DNA of 64,000 bases from Eledone cirrhosa (GCA_964016885.1 OZ024744.1:17298001-17362000); one strand, 5' to 3'; shown: positions 13,101 through 29,200, counted from the first letter of the stretch. The notes: generated from the letters alone by a model not told the origin. Program-made: numbers and translations.

Positions 13101-13700
13101 GATACACATTGCTGACCTGTACACCATCAGACATTGACGACAGGTTGCTACTCATTGCTGACCTGTACACCATCAGGTATTGACTGCAGGTTGATACTCG
13201 TTGCTGATCTGTACACCATAAGATTTTTGACGGCAGGTTGATACTCATTGCTGACCTGTACACCATCAGACATTGACGGCAGGTTGATACTCATTGCTGT
13301 CCTGTACACCATCAGGTATTGACGACAGGTTGATACTCATTGCTGACCTGTACACCATCAGACATTGACGACAGGTTGATACTCATTGCTGACCTGTACA
13401 CCATCAGATACCGACGACAGGTTGATACTCATTTCTGACCTGTACACCATCAGACATTGACGGCAGGTTGATACTCATTGCTGACCTGTACACCATCAGA
13501 CATTGACGACAGGTTGATACTCATTGCTGACCTGTACACCATCAGGTATTGACGACAGGTTGATACTCATTGCTGACCTGTACACCATCATTTATTGACG
13601 ACAGGTTGATACTCATTGCTGACCTGTACACCATCAGATATTGTCGGCAGGTTGATACTCATTGCTGACCTGTACACCATCAGACATTGACGGCAGGTTG
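5780..13700. repeat. Imperfect tandem duplication of about 4 kb (about 5.8-9.7 kb and about 9.7-13.7 kb)
   Basis: Deletion markers GACAGTTGAT (6665/10616) and GACAGGTGAT (7581/11532) share offset 3951. ACCTGACACC at 8294/12429 has offset 4135. The 1-nt insertion CATAAGATTTTTGAC lies in the marker ORFs at 9221/13081 (offset 3860). Confidence 0.8.
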
Positions 13701-14289
13701 ATACTCATTGCTGACCTGTACACCATCAGACATTGACGGCAGGTTGATACACATTGCTGACCTGTACACCATCAGTTATTGACGACAGGTTGATACTCAT
13801 TGTTGACCTGTACAGCATCAGATACTGACGACAAGTTGATACTAATTGCTCACCTGTACACCATCAGATATTGACGACAGGTTGGTACTCATTGCTGACC
13901 TGTACACCATCAGATACTGACGACAGGTTGATACTCATTGCTGACCTGTACACCATCAGACACTGACGACAGGTTGATACTCATTGCTGACCTGTCCACC
14001 ATCAGACATTGACGGCAGGTTGATACACATTGCTGACCTGTACACCATCAGACATTGACGACAGGTTGATACTCATTGCTGACCTGTACACCATCAGGTA
14101 TTGACGACAGGTTGATACTCATTGCTGACCTGTACACCATCAGACATTGACGGCAGGTTGATACTCATTGCTGACCTGTACACCATCAGGTATTGACGAC
14201 AGGTTGATACTCATTGCTGACTTGTACACCATCAGATATTGACGACAGGTTGATACTCATTGCTGACCAGTACACCATCAGACATTGAT

Positions 14290-16076
14290 GACAGGTTGAT
14301 ACTCATTGCTGACCTGTACACCATCAGACATTGACGACAGGTTGCTACTCATTGCTGACCTGTACACCATCAGGTATTGACAGCAGGTTGATACTCATTG
14401 CTGATCTGTACACCATCATATTTTGACGGCAGGTTGATACTCATTGCTGACATGTACACCATCAGACATTGACGGCAGGTTGATACTCATTGCTGTCCTG
14501 TACACCATCAGGTATTGACGACAGGTTGATACTCATTGCTGACCTGTACACCATCAGACATTGACGACAGGTTGATACTCATTGCTGACCTGTACACCAT
14601 CAGATACCGACGACAGGTTGATACTCATTTCTGACCTGTACACCATCAGACATTGACGGCAGGTTGATACTCATTGCTGACCTGTACACCATCAGACATT
14701 GACGACAGGTTGATACTCATTGCTGACCTGTACACCATCAGACATTGACGACAGGTTGATACTCATTGCTGACCTGTACACCATCAGGTATTTACGACAG
14801 GTTGATACTCATTGCTGACCTGTACACCATCAGTTATTGACGACAGGTTGATACTCATTGCTGACCTGTACACCATCAGATACCGACGACAGGTTGATAC
14901 TCATTTCTGACCTGTACACCATCAGACATTGACGGCAGGTTGATACTCATTGCTGACCTGTACACCATCAGACATTGACGGCAGGTTGATACTCATTGCT
15001 GACCTGTACACCATCAGTTATTGACGACAGGTTGATACTCATTGTTGACCAGTACACCATCAGGTATTGACGACAGGTTGATACTCATTGCTGACCTGTA
15101 CACCATCAGACATTGACGGCAGGTTGGTACTCATTGCTCACCTGTACACCATCAGACATTGACGGCAGGTTGATACTCATTGCTGACCTGTACACCATCA
15201 GACATTGACGACAGGTTGATACTCATTGCTGACCTGTACACCATCAGACATTGACGACAGGTTGCTACTCATTGCTGACCTGTACACCATCAGGTATTGA
15301 CAGCAGGTTGATACTCATTGCTGATCTGTACACCATCATATTTTGACGGCAGGTTGATACTCATTGCTGACATGTACACCATCAGACATTGACGGCAGGT
15401 TGATACTCATTGCTGTCCTGTACACCATCAGGTATTGACGACAGGTTGATACTCATTGCTGACCTGTACACCATCAGACATTGACGACAGGTTGATACTC
15501 ATTGCTGACCTGTACACCATCAGATACCGACGACAGGTTGATACTCATTTCTGACCTGTACACCATCAGACATTGACGGCAGGTTGATACTCATTGCTGA
15601 CCTGTACACCATCAGACATTGACGACAGGTTGATACTCATTGCTGACCTGTACACCATCAGACATTGACGACAGGTTGATACTCATTGCTGACCTGTACA
15701 CCATCAGGTATTTACGACAGGTTGATACTCATTGCTGACCTGTACACCATCAGTTATTGACGACAGGTTGATACTCATTGCTGACCTGTACACCATCAGA
15801 TACCGACGACAGGTTGATACTCATTTCTGACCTGTACACCATCAGACATTGACGGCAGGTTGATACTCATTGCTGACCTGTACACCATCAGACATTGACG
15901 GCAGGTTGATACTCATTGCTGACCTGTACACCATCAGTTATTGACGACAGGTTGATACTCATTGTTGACCAGTACACCATCAGGTATTGACGACAGGTTG
16001 ATACTCATTGCTGACCTGTACACCATCAGACATTGACGGCAGGTTGGTACTCATTGCTCACCTGTACACCATCAGA
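14290..16076. repeat. Near-perfect 920-bp-period (20-monomer) tandem duplication
   Basis: 14290-15156 matches 15210-16076. GTTGCTACTC occurs at 14341/15261 and AGGTTGGTACTCATTGCTCAC at 15121/16041. CATCATATTTTGAC, GATACCGAC and GGTATTTACGAC also recur at offset 920. Confidence 0.9.
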
Positions 16077-17269
16077 TACTGACGACAGGTTGATACTCAT
16101 TGCTGACCTGATAACCATCAGACATTGACGGCATTTTGATACTCATTGCTGACCTGTACACCATCAAACATTGACGACAGGTTGATACTCGTTGCTGATC
16201 TGTACACCATCACATACTGACGACAGGTTGATACTCATTGCTGACCTGTACACCATCAGACATTGACGGCAGGTTGATACTCATTGCTGACATGTACACC
16301 ATCAGACATTGACGGCAGGTTGATACTCATTGCTGACCTGTACACCATCAGACATTGACGACAGGTTGATACTCATTGCTGACCTGTACACCATCAGGTA
16401 TTGACGACAGGTTGGTACTCATTGCTGACCTGTACACCATCAGACATTGACGACAGGTTGATACTCATTGCTGACCTGTACACCATCAGGTATTGACGAC
16501 AAGTTGATTCTCATTGCTCACCTGTACACCATCAGATATTGACGACAGGTTGGTACTCATTGCTGACCTGTACACCATCAGATACTGACGACAGGTTGAT
16601 ACTCATTGCTGACCTGATAACCATCAGACATTGACGACAAGTTGATACTCATTGCTGACCTGTACACCATCAGGTATTGACGACAGGTTGATACTCATTG
16701 CTGACCTGTACACCATCAGACATTGACGGCAGGTTGATACTCATTGCTGACCAGTACACCATCAGGTATTGACGACAGGTTGATACTCATTGCTGACCTG
16801 TACACCATCAGACATTGACGGCAGATTGATACTCATTGCTGACCTGTACACCATCAGGTATTGACGACAGGTTGATACTCATTGCTTACCTGTACACCAT
16901 CAGGTACAGATGACAGGTTGATACACATTGCAGACCTGTACACTACAGGTATTGACGGCAGGTTGATATTCATTGCTTACCTGTACACCATCAGACACTG
17001 ACGACAGGTTGATACTCATTGCTGACCTGTCCACCATCAGACATTGACGGCAGGTTGATACACATTGCTGACCTGTACACCATCAGGCATTGACGACAGG
17101 TTGATACTCATTGCTGACCTGCACACCATCAGGTTTTGACGACAGGTTGATACTCATTGCTGACTTGTACACCATCAGACATTGACGACAGGTTGATACT
17201 CATTACTGACCTGTACACCATCAGATATTGATGTCAGGTTGATACTCATTGCTGACTTTACATTATCAG

Positions 17270-20200
17270 GTATTGACGGCAGGTTGATACTCATTGCTGA
17301 CGTGTACAACATCAGACATTGACGACATGTTGGTACTCATTGGTGACCTGTACACCATCAGATACTGACGACAGGTTTATACTCATTGCTGACCTGTACA
17401 CCATCAGGTATTGACGGCAGGTTGATACTCATTGCTGACCTGTACACCATCAGACATTGACGGTAGGTTGATACTCATTGCTGACCTGTACACCATCAGG
17501 TATTGACGGCAGGTTGATACTCATTGCTGATCTGTACACCATCAGACATTGACGGCAGGTTGATACTCATTGCTGACCTGTACACCATCAGGTATTGACG
17601 ACAGGTTGATACTCATTGCTGACTACACCATCAGATACTGACGACAGGTTGATACTCATTGCTGACCTGTACACCATCAGACATTGATGACAGGTTGATA
17701 CTCATTGCTGACCTGTACACCATCAGACATTGACGACAGGTTGCTACACATTGCTGACCTGTACACCATCATGTATTGACAGCAGGTTGATACTCATTGC
17801 TGATCTGTACACCATCAGACTTTGACGGCATGTTGAAACTCATTGCTGACCTGTACACCATCAGACATTGACGGCAGGTTGATACTCATTGCTGTCCTGT
17901 ACACCATCAGGTATTGACGACAGGTTGATACTCATTGCTGACCTGTACACCATCAGACATTGACGACAGGTTGATACTCATTGCTGACTTGTACACCATC
18001 AGACATTGACGACAGGTTGATACTCATTGCTGACCTCTACACCATCACGTATTGACGACAGGTTGATACTCATTGCTGACCTGTACACCATCAGTTATTG
18101 ACGACAGGTTGATACACATTGCTGACCTGTACACCATCAGATATTGACGGCAGGTTGATACTCATTGCTGACCTGTACACCATCAGACATTGACGGCAGG
18201 TTGATACTCATTGCTGACCTGTACACCATCAGGCATTGACGGCAGGTTGATACTCATTGCTGACCTGTACACCATCAGTTATTGACGACAGGTTGATACT
18301 CATTGTTGACCTGTACACCATCAGATACTGACGACAAGTTGATAGTCATTGCTCACCTGTACACCATCAGATATTGACGACAGGTTGGTACTCATTGCTG
18401 ACCTGTACACCATCAGATACTGACGACAGGTTGATACTCATTGCTGACCTGTACATCATCAGTTATTGACGACAGGTTGATACTCATTGCTGACCTGTAC
18501 ACCATCAGACATTGACGGCAGGTTGATACACATTGCTGACCTGTACACCATAGGACATTGACGGTAGGTTGATACTCATTGCTGACCTGTACACCATCAG
18601 GTATTGACGACAGGTTGGTACTCATTGTTGACCTGTACACCACCAGATACTGACGACAAGTTGATACTCATTGCTCACCTGTACACCATCAGATATTGAC
18701 GACAGGTTGGTACTCATTGCTGACCTGTACACCATCAGATACTGACGACAGGTTGATACTCATTGCTGACCTGATAACTATCAGACATTGACGACAGGTT
18801 GATACTCATTGCTGACCAGTACACCATCAGGTATTGACGACAGGTTGATACTCATTGCTGACCTCTACACCATCAGACATTGACGGCAGGTTGATACTCA
18901 TTGCTGACCTGTACACCATCAGGTATTGACGACAGGTTGATACTCATTGCTTACCTGTACACCATCAGGTACAGATGACAGGTTGATACACATTGCAGAC
19001 ATGTACACCATCAGGTATTGACGGCAGGTTGATATTCATTGCTGACTTGTACACCATCAGCCATTGACGGCAGGTTGGTATTCATTGCTGACCTGTACAC
19101 CATCAGACATTGACGGCAGGTTGATACTCATTGCTGACCTGTACAACATCAGGTATTGACGACAGGTTGGTACTCATTGTTGACCTGTACACCATCAGAT
19201 ACTGACGACAAGTTGGTACTGATTGCTGACCTGTACACCAGCAGATATTGACGACAGGTTGGTAATCATTGCTGACCTGTACACCATCAGATACTGACGA
19301 CAGGTTGATACTCATTGCTGACCTGTACACCATCAGACACTGACGACAGGTTGATACTCATTGCTGACCTGTCCACCATCAGACATTGACGGCAGGTTGA
19401 TACACATTGCTGACCTGTACACCATCAGACATTGACGGCAGGTTGATACTCATTACTGACCTGTACACCATCAGGTATTGACGACAGGTTGATACTCATT
19501 GCTGACCTGTACACCATCAGGTACAGACGGCAGGTTGATACTCATTGCTGACCTGTACACCATCAGACATTTACGACAGGTTGATACTCATTGTTTACCT
19601 GTACACCATCAGATATTTACGGCAGGTTGATACTCATTGGTGACCTTTACACCATCAGACATTGACGACAGTTTGATACTCATTGCTGACCTGTACACAA
19701 TCAGGTATTGACGACAAGTTGATACTCATTTCTAACCTGTACACCATCAGACATTGACGGCAGGTTTAAACTCATTGCTGACCTGTACACCATCAGATAC
19801 TGACGGCAGGTTGATACTCATTGCTGACCTGTACACCATAAGACATTGACGACAGGTTGATACTCATTGCTGACCTGTACACCATCAGACATTGACGGCA
19901 GGTTGATACTCATTGCTGACCTGTACACCATCATATATTGACGGCAGGTTGATATTCATTGCTGACTTGTACACCATCAGACATTGACGACAGGTTGATA
20001 CTCATTGCTAACCTGTACACCATCAGACATTGACGACAGGTTGATACTCATTACTGACTTGTACACCATCAGACATTGACGGCAGGTTGATACTCATTGC
20101 TGACCTGTACACCATCATACATTGACGACAAGTTGATACTCATTGCTGACCTGTACACCATCAGATACTGACGACAGGTTGATACTCATTGCTGACCTGT

Positions 20201-23200
20201 ACACCATCAGACATTGACGGCAGGTTGATACTCATTGCTGACCTGTACACCAACAGGTATTGACGACAGGTTGATACTCATTGCTGACCTGTACACCATC
20301 AGATACTGACGACAGGTTGATACTCATTGCTGACCTGTACACCATCAGACATTGACGGCAGGTTGATACTCATTGCTGACCTGTACACCATCAGGTATTG
20401 ACGGCAGGTTGATACTCATTGCTGACCTGTACACCAACATATATTGACGGCAGGTTGATACTCATTGCTGACGTGTACACCATCAGACATTGACGTTAGG
20501 TTGATACTAATTGCTGACCTGTACACCTTCAGATATTGATGTCAGGTAGATACTCATTGCTGACCTTACACCATCAGGTATTGACGGCAGGTTGATACTC
20601 ATTGCTGACTTGTACACCATCAGATACTGACAACAGGTTGATACTCATTGCTGACCTCTACACCATCAAACTCTGACGGCAGGTTGATACTCATATTTGA
20701 CCTGTACACCATCAGGTATTGAGGCAGGTTGATACTCATTGCTGACCTGTACACCATCAGACATTGACGACATGTTGATACTCATTGCTGACCTGTACAC
20801 CATCAGATACTGACGACAGGTTGATTCTCATTTCTGACCTGTACACCATCAGACATTGACGGCAGGTTGATACACATTGTTGAACTGTACACCATCAGAC
20901 ATTGACGGCAGATTGATACTCATTGCTGACCTGTACAACATCAGACATTGACGACAGGTTAATACTCATTGCTGACCTGTACACCATCAGACATTGACGG
21001 CAGGTTGATAGTCTTTGCTGACCTGTACACCATCAGATACTGACAATCGTTTGATAATCATTGCTGGCCTGTACACCATCAGGTATTGTCGACAGTTTGG
21101 TACTCATTGCTGACTTGTACACCATCAGGTATTGACGGCAGGTTGATACACATTGTTGACCTGTACACCATCAGACATTGACGGCAGGTTGATACACATT
21201 GCTGACCTGTACACCATCAGGTATTGACGACAGGTTGATATCATTGCTATCCTGTACACCATCAGACATTGACGACAAGTTGATACGCATTGCTGACCTG
21301 TACACCATCAGATACTGACGACAGCTTGATACTCATTGCTGACCTGTACACCATCAGACATTGACGGCAGGTTGATACTCATTGCTTACCTGTACACAAT
21401 CAGGCATTGACAGCAGGTTGATACTCATTGTTGACCAGTACACCATCAGTTACTGACGACAGGTTGATACTCATTGCTGACCTGTACACCATCATACATT
21501 GACGACAGGTTGATACTCATTGCTGACCTGTACACCATCAAACATTGACGGCAGGTTGTTACTCATAGTTGACCTGTACACCATCATGTATTGACGACAG
21601 GTTGATACTCATTAGTGACCTGTACACCATCAGGTATTGACGGCAGGTTGATACTCATTGCTGGCCTGTACACCATCAGATACTGACGGCAGGTTGATAC
21701 TCATTGCTGACCTGTACACCATCAGACATTGACGACAGGTTGATACTCATTGCTGACCTGTACACCACCAGACATTGACGACAGGTTGATACTCATTGCT
21801 GACCTGTACACCGTCAGATATTGACGGCAGGTTGATACTCATTGCTGACCTGTACACCATCAGATATTGACGACATGTTGATCCTCATTGCTGACCTGTA
21901 CACCATCAGACATTGACGGCAGGTTGATACTCATTGCTGACCTGTACACCATCAGATACTGACGACAGGTTGATACTCATTGCTGACCTGTACACCATCA
22001 GACATTGAGGGCAGGTTGATACTCATTGCTGACCTGTACACCATGAGACATTGACGGTAGGTTGATACTCATTGCTGACCTGTACACCATCAGTTATTGA
22101 CGACAAGTTGATACTCATTGCTGACCTGTACACCATCAGATATTGACAGCAGGTTGATACTCATTGCTGACCTGTACGCCATCAGACATTGACGGCATGT
22201 TGATACTCATTCCTGACCTGTACACCATCAGACATTGACGGCAGGTTGATACTCATTGCTGACCTGTACACCATCAGTTATTGACGACAGGTTGATACTC
22301 ATTGCTGACCTGTACACCATCAGACATTCACGGCAGGTTGATACTCATTGCTGACCTGTACACCATCAGACATTGACGGTAGGTTGATACTCATTGCTGA
22401 CCTGTACACCATCAGATACTGACGACAGGTTGATACTCATTGCTGACCTGTACACCATCAGAATTTGACGTCAGGTTGATACTCATTGCTGACCTGTACA
22501 CCATCAGACATTGACGACAGGTTGATACTCATTGCTGACCTGTACATCACATACTGACGACAGGTTGATACTCATTGCTGACATGTAAACCATCAGATAC
22601 TGACGACAGGTTGATACTCATTGCTGACCTGTACACCATCAGATACTAACGACAGGTTGATACTCATTGCTGACATGTACACCATCACGTATTGACGACA
22701 GGTTGGTACTCATTGTTGACCTGTACACCATAACATACTGACGACAAGTTGATACTCATTGCTCACCTGTACACCATCAGGCATTGACGGCAGGTTGATA
22801 CTCATTGCTGACCTGTACACCATCAGGTATTGACGACAGGTTGATACTCATTGTTGACCTGTACACCATCAGACATTGATGACAGGTTGATACTCATTGC
22901 TGACCTGTACACCATCAGAATTTGACGTCAGGTTGATACTCATTGCTGACCTGTACATCACATACTGACGACAGCTTGATACTCATTGCTGACATGTACA
23001 CCATCAGATACTGACGACAGGTTGATACTCATTGCTGACCTGTACACCATCAGATACTGACGACAGGTTGATACTTATTGCTGACATGTACACCATCAGA
23101 TACTGACGACAGGTTGATACTCATTTCTGACCTCTACACCATCAGGTATTGACGACAGGTTGGTACTCATTGTTGACGTGTACACCATCAGATACTGACG

Positions 23201-26200
23201 ACAAGTTGATACTCATTGCTCACCTGTACACCATCAGGCATTGACGGCAGGCTGATACTCATTGCTGACCTGTACACCATCAGGTATTGACGACAGGTTG
23301 ATACTCGTTGCTGACCTGTACACCATCAGGTATTGACGACAGGTTGATACTCATTGCTGACCTGAACACCATCAGACATTGACGGCAGGTTGATACTCAT
23401 TGATGACCTGTACACCATCAGATACTGACGACAGGTTGATACTCATTGCTGACATGTACACCATCAGATACTGACGACAGGTTGATACTCATTGCTGACC
23501 TGTACACCATCAGCTATTGACGACAGGTTGGTACTCATTGTTGACCTGTACACCATCAGATACTGACGACAAGTTGATACTCATTGCTGACCTGTACACC
23601 ATCAGACATTGACCACAGGTTGATACAAATTGCTGACCTGTACACCATCAGACATTGACGACAGGTTGATACTCATTGCTGACCTGTACAGCACCAGACA
23701 TTGTCGACAGGTTGATACTCATTGCTGACCTGTACACCATCAGACATTGACGACAGGTTGATACTCATTGCTGACCTGTACACCATCAGGTATTGACGGC
23801 AGGTTGATACGCATTTCTGAGCTGTACACCATCAGACATTGACGATAGGTTGATACTCATTGCTGACCTGTACACCATCAGACATTGACGGCAGGTTGAT
23901 ACTCATTGCGGACCTGTACACCATCAGATATTGACGACATGTTGATACTCATTGCTGACCTGTACACCATCAGACATTGACGGCAGTTTGATACTCATTG
24001 CTGACCTGTACACCATCAGATACTGACGACAGGTTGATACTCATTGCTGACCTGTACACCATCAGACATTGACGGCAGGTTGATACTCATTGCTGACCTG
24101 TACACCATCAGACATTGACGGCAGGTTGATACTCATTGCTGACCTGTACACCATCAGTTATTGACGACAAGTTGATACTCATTGCTGACCTGTACACCAT
24201 CAGATATTGACAGCAGGTTGATACTCATTGCTGACCTGTGCACCATCAGACATTGACGGCAGGTTGATACTCATTGCTGACCTGTACGCCATCAGACATT
24301 GACGGCAGGTTGATACTCATTGCTGACCTGTACACCATCAGTTATTGACGACAAGTTGATATTCATTGTTGACCTGTACACCATCAGACATTGATGACAG
24401 GTTGATACTCATTGCTGACCTGTACACCATCAGGTATTGACGACAGGTTGATACTCATTGCTGACCTGTACACCATCAGGTATTGACGACAGGTTGATAC
24501 TCATTGCTGACCTGAACACCATCAGACATTGACGGCAGGTTGATACTCATTGCTGACCTGTACACCATCAGATACTGACGACAGGTTGCTACTCATTGCT
24601 GACATGTACACCATCAGATACTGGCGACAGGTTGATACCCATTGCTGACCTGTACACCATCTGGTATTGACGGCAGGTTGATACTCATTGCTGACGTGTA
24701 CAACATCAGACATTGACGACATGTTGGTACTCATTGGTGGCCTGTACACCATCAGATACTGACGACAGGTTTATACTCATTGCTGACCTGTACACCATCA
24801 GGTATTGACGGCAGGTTGATACTCATTGCTGACCTGTACACCATCAGACATTGACGGTAGGTTGATACTCATTGCTGACCTGTACACCATCAGGTATTGA
24901 CGGCAGGTTGATACTCATTGCTGATCTGTACACCATCAGACATTGACGGCAGGTTGATACTCATTGCTGACCTGTACACCATCAGGTATTGACGACAGGT
25001 TGATACTCATTGCTGACCTGTACACCATCAGACATTGATGACAGGTTGATACTCATTGCTGACCTGTACACCATCAGACATTGACGACAGGTTGCTACAC
25101 ATTGATGACCTGTACACCATCATGTATTGACAGCAGGTTGATACTCATTGCTGATCTGTACACCATCAGACTTTGACGGCATGTTGAAACTCATTGCTGA
25201 CCTGTACACCATCAGACATTGACGGCAGGTTGATACTCATTGCTGTCCTGTACACCATCAGGTATTGACGACAGGTTGATACTCATTGCTGACCTGTAAA
25301 CCATCAGACATTGACGACAGGTTGATACTCATTGCTGACTTGTACACCATCAGACATTGACGACAGGTTGATACTCATTGCTGACCTCTACACCATCACG
25401 TATTGACGACAGGTTGATACACATTGCTGACCTGTACACCATCAGTTATTGACGACAGGTTGATACACATTGCTGACCTGTACACCATCAGATATTGACG
25501 GCAGGTTGATACTCATTGCTGACCTGTACACCATCAGACATTGACGGCAGGTCGATACTCATTGCTGACCTGTACACCATCAGGCATTGACGGCAGGTTG
25601 ATACTCATTGCTGACCTGTACACCATCAGTTATTGACGACAGGTTGATACTCATTGTTGACCTGTACACCATCAGATACTGACGACAAGTTGATACTCAT
25701 TGCTCACCTGTACACCATCAGATATTGACGACAGGTTGGTACTCATTGCTGACCTGTACACCATCAGATACTGACGACAGGTTGATACTCATTGCTGACC
25801 TGTACACCATCAGTTATTGACGACAGGTTGATACTCATTGCTGACCTGTACACCATCAGACATTGACGGCAGGTTGATACACATTGCTGACCTGTACACC
25901 ATAGGACATTGACGGTAGGTTGATACTCATTGCTGACCTGTACACCATCAGGTATTGACGACAGGTTGGTACTCATTGTTGACCTGTACACCATCAGATA
26001 CTGACGACAAGTTGATACTCATTGCTCACCTGTACACCATCAGATATTGACGACAGGTTGGTACTCATTGCTGACCTGTACACCATCAGATACTGACGAC
26101 AGGTTGATACTCATTGCTGACCTGATAACTATCAGACATTGACGACAGGTTGATACTCATTGCTGACCAGTACACCATCAGGTATTGACGACAGGTTGAT

Positions 26201-29200
26201 ACTCATTGCTGACCTCTACACCATCAGACATTGACGGCAGGTTGATACTCATTGCTGACCTGTACACCATCAGGTATTGACGACAGGTGGATACTCATTG
26301 CTTACCTGTACACCATCAGGTACAGATGACAGGTTGATACACATTGCAGACATGTACACCATCAGGTATTGACGGCAGGTTGATATTCATTGCTGACTTG
26401 TACACCATCAGCCATTGACGGCAGGTTGGTATTCATTGCTGACCTGTACACCATCAGACATTGACGGCAGGTTGATACTCATTGCTGACCTGTACACCAT
26501 CAGGTATTGACGACAGGTTGGTACTCATTGTTGACCTGTACACCATCAGATACTGACGACAAGTTGGTACTCATTGCTGACCTGTACACCATCAGATATT
26601 GACGACAGGTTGGTAATCATTGCTGACCTGTACACCATCAGATACTGACGACAGGTTGATACTCATTGCTGACCTGTACACCATCAGACACTGACGACAG
26701 GTTGATACTCATTGCTGACCTGTCCACCATCAGACATTGACGGCAGGTTGATACGCATTGCTGACCTGTACACCATCAGACATTGACGACAGGTTGATAC
26801 TCATTGCTGACCTGTCCACCATCAGACATTGACGGCAGGTTGATACTCATTACTGACCTGTACACCATCAGGTATTGACGACAGGTTGATACTCATTGCT
26901 GACCTGTACACCATCAGGTACAGACGGCAGGTTGATACTCATTGCTGACATGTACACCATCAGACATTTACGACAGGTTGATACTCATTGTTTACCTGTA
27001 CACCATCAGATATTGACGGCAGGTTGATGCTCATTGGTGACCTTTACACCATCAGACATTGACGACAGTTTGATACTCATTGCTGACCTGTACACCATCA
27101 GATATTGACGACAAGTTGATACTCATTTCTAACCTGTACACCATCAGACATTGACGGCAGGTTTAAACTCATTGCTGACCTGTACACCATCAGATACTGA
27201 CGGCAGGTTGATACTCATTGCTGACCTGTACACCATAAGACATTGACGACAGGTTGATACTCATTGCTGACCTGTACACCATCAGACATTGACGGCAGGT
27301 TGATACTCATTGCTGACCTGTACACCATCATATATTGACGGCAGGTTGATATTCATTGCTGACTTGTACACCATCAGACATTGACAACAGGTTGATACTC
27401 ATTGCTAACCTGTACACCATCAGACATTGACGACAGGTTGATACTCATTACTGACTTGTACACCATCAGACATTGACGGCAGGTTGATACTCATTGCTGA
27501 CCTGTACACCATCATACATTGACGACAAGTTGATGCTCATTGCTGACCTGTACACCATCAGACATTGACGGCAGGTTGATACTCATTGCTGACCTGTACG
27601 CCATCAGACATTGACGGCAGGTTGATACTCATTGCTGATCTGTACCCCAACAGGTATTGACGAAAGGTTGATACTCATTGCTGACCTGTACACCATCAGA
27701 TACTGACGACAGGTTGATACTCATTGCTGACCTGTACACCATCAGACATTGACGGCAGGTTGATACTCATTGCTGACCTGTACACCAACAGGTATTGACG
27801 ACAGGTTGATACTCATTGCTGACCTGTACACCATCAGATACTGACGACAGGTTGATACTCATTGCTGACCTGTACACCATCAGACATTGACGGCAGGTTG
27901 ATACTCATTGCTGACCTGTACACCATCAGGTATTGACGGCAGGTTGATACTCATTGCTGACCTGTACACCAACATATATTGACGGCAGGTTGATACTCAT
28001 TGCTGACGTGTACACCATCAGACATTGACGTTAGGTTGATACTAATTGCTGACCTGTACACCTTCAGATATTGATGTCAGGTAGATACTCATTGCTGACC
28101 TTACACCATCAGGTATTGACGGCAGGTTGATACTCATTGCTGACTTGTACACCATCAGATACTGACAACAGGTTGATACTCATTGCTGACCTCTACACCA
28201 TCAAACTCTGACGGCAGGTTGATTCTCATATTTGACCTGTACACCATCAGGTATTGAGGCAGGTTGATACTCATTGCTGACCTGTACACCATCAGACATT
28301 GACGACATGTTGATACTCATTGCTGACCTGTACACCGTCAGATACTGACGACAGGTTGATTCTCATTTCTGACCTGTACACCATCAGACATTGACGGCAG
28401 GTTGATACACATTGTTGAACTGTACACCATCAGACATTGACGGCAGATTGATACTCATTGCTGACCTGTACAACATCAGACATTGACGACAGGTTAATAC
28501 TCATTGCTGACCTGTACACCATCAGACATTGACGGCAGGTTGATAGTCTTTGCTGACCTGTACACCATCAGATACTGACAATCGTTTGATAATCATTGCT
28601 GGCCTGTACACCATCAGGTATTGTCGACAGTTTGGTACTCATTGCTGACTTGTACACCATCAGGTATTGACGGCAGGTTGATACACATTGTTGACCTGTA
28701 CACCATCAGACATTGACGGCAGGTTGATACACATTGCTGACCTGTACACCATCAGGTATTGACGACAGGTTGATATCATTGCTAACCTGTACACCATCAG
28801 ACATTGACGACAAGTTGATACGCATTGCTGACCTGTACACCATCAGATACTGACGACAGCTTGATACTCATTGCTGACCTGTACACCATCAGACATTGAC
28901 GGCAGGTTGATACTCATTGCTTACCTGTACACAATCAGGCATTGACAGCAGGTTGATACTCATTGTTGACCAGTACACCATCAGTTACTGACGACAGGTT
29001 GATACTCATTGCTGACCTGTACACCATCATACATTGACGACAGGTTGATACTCATTGCTGACCTGTACACCATCAAACATTGACGGCAGGTTGTTACTCA
29101 TAGTTGACCTGTACACCATCATGTATTGACGACAGGTTGATCCTCATTGCTGACCTGTACACCATCAGACATTGACGGCAGGTTGATACTCATTGCTGAC

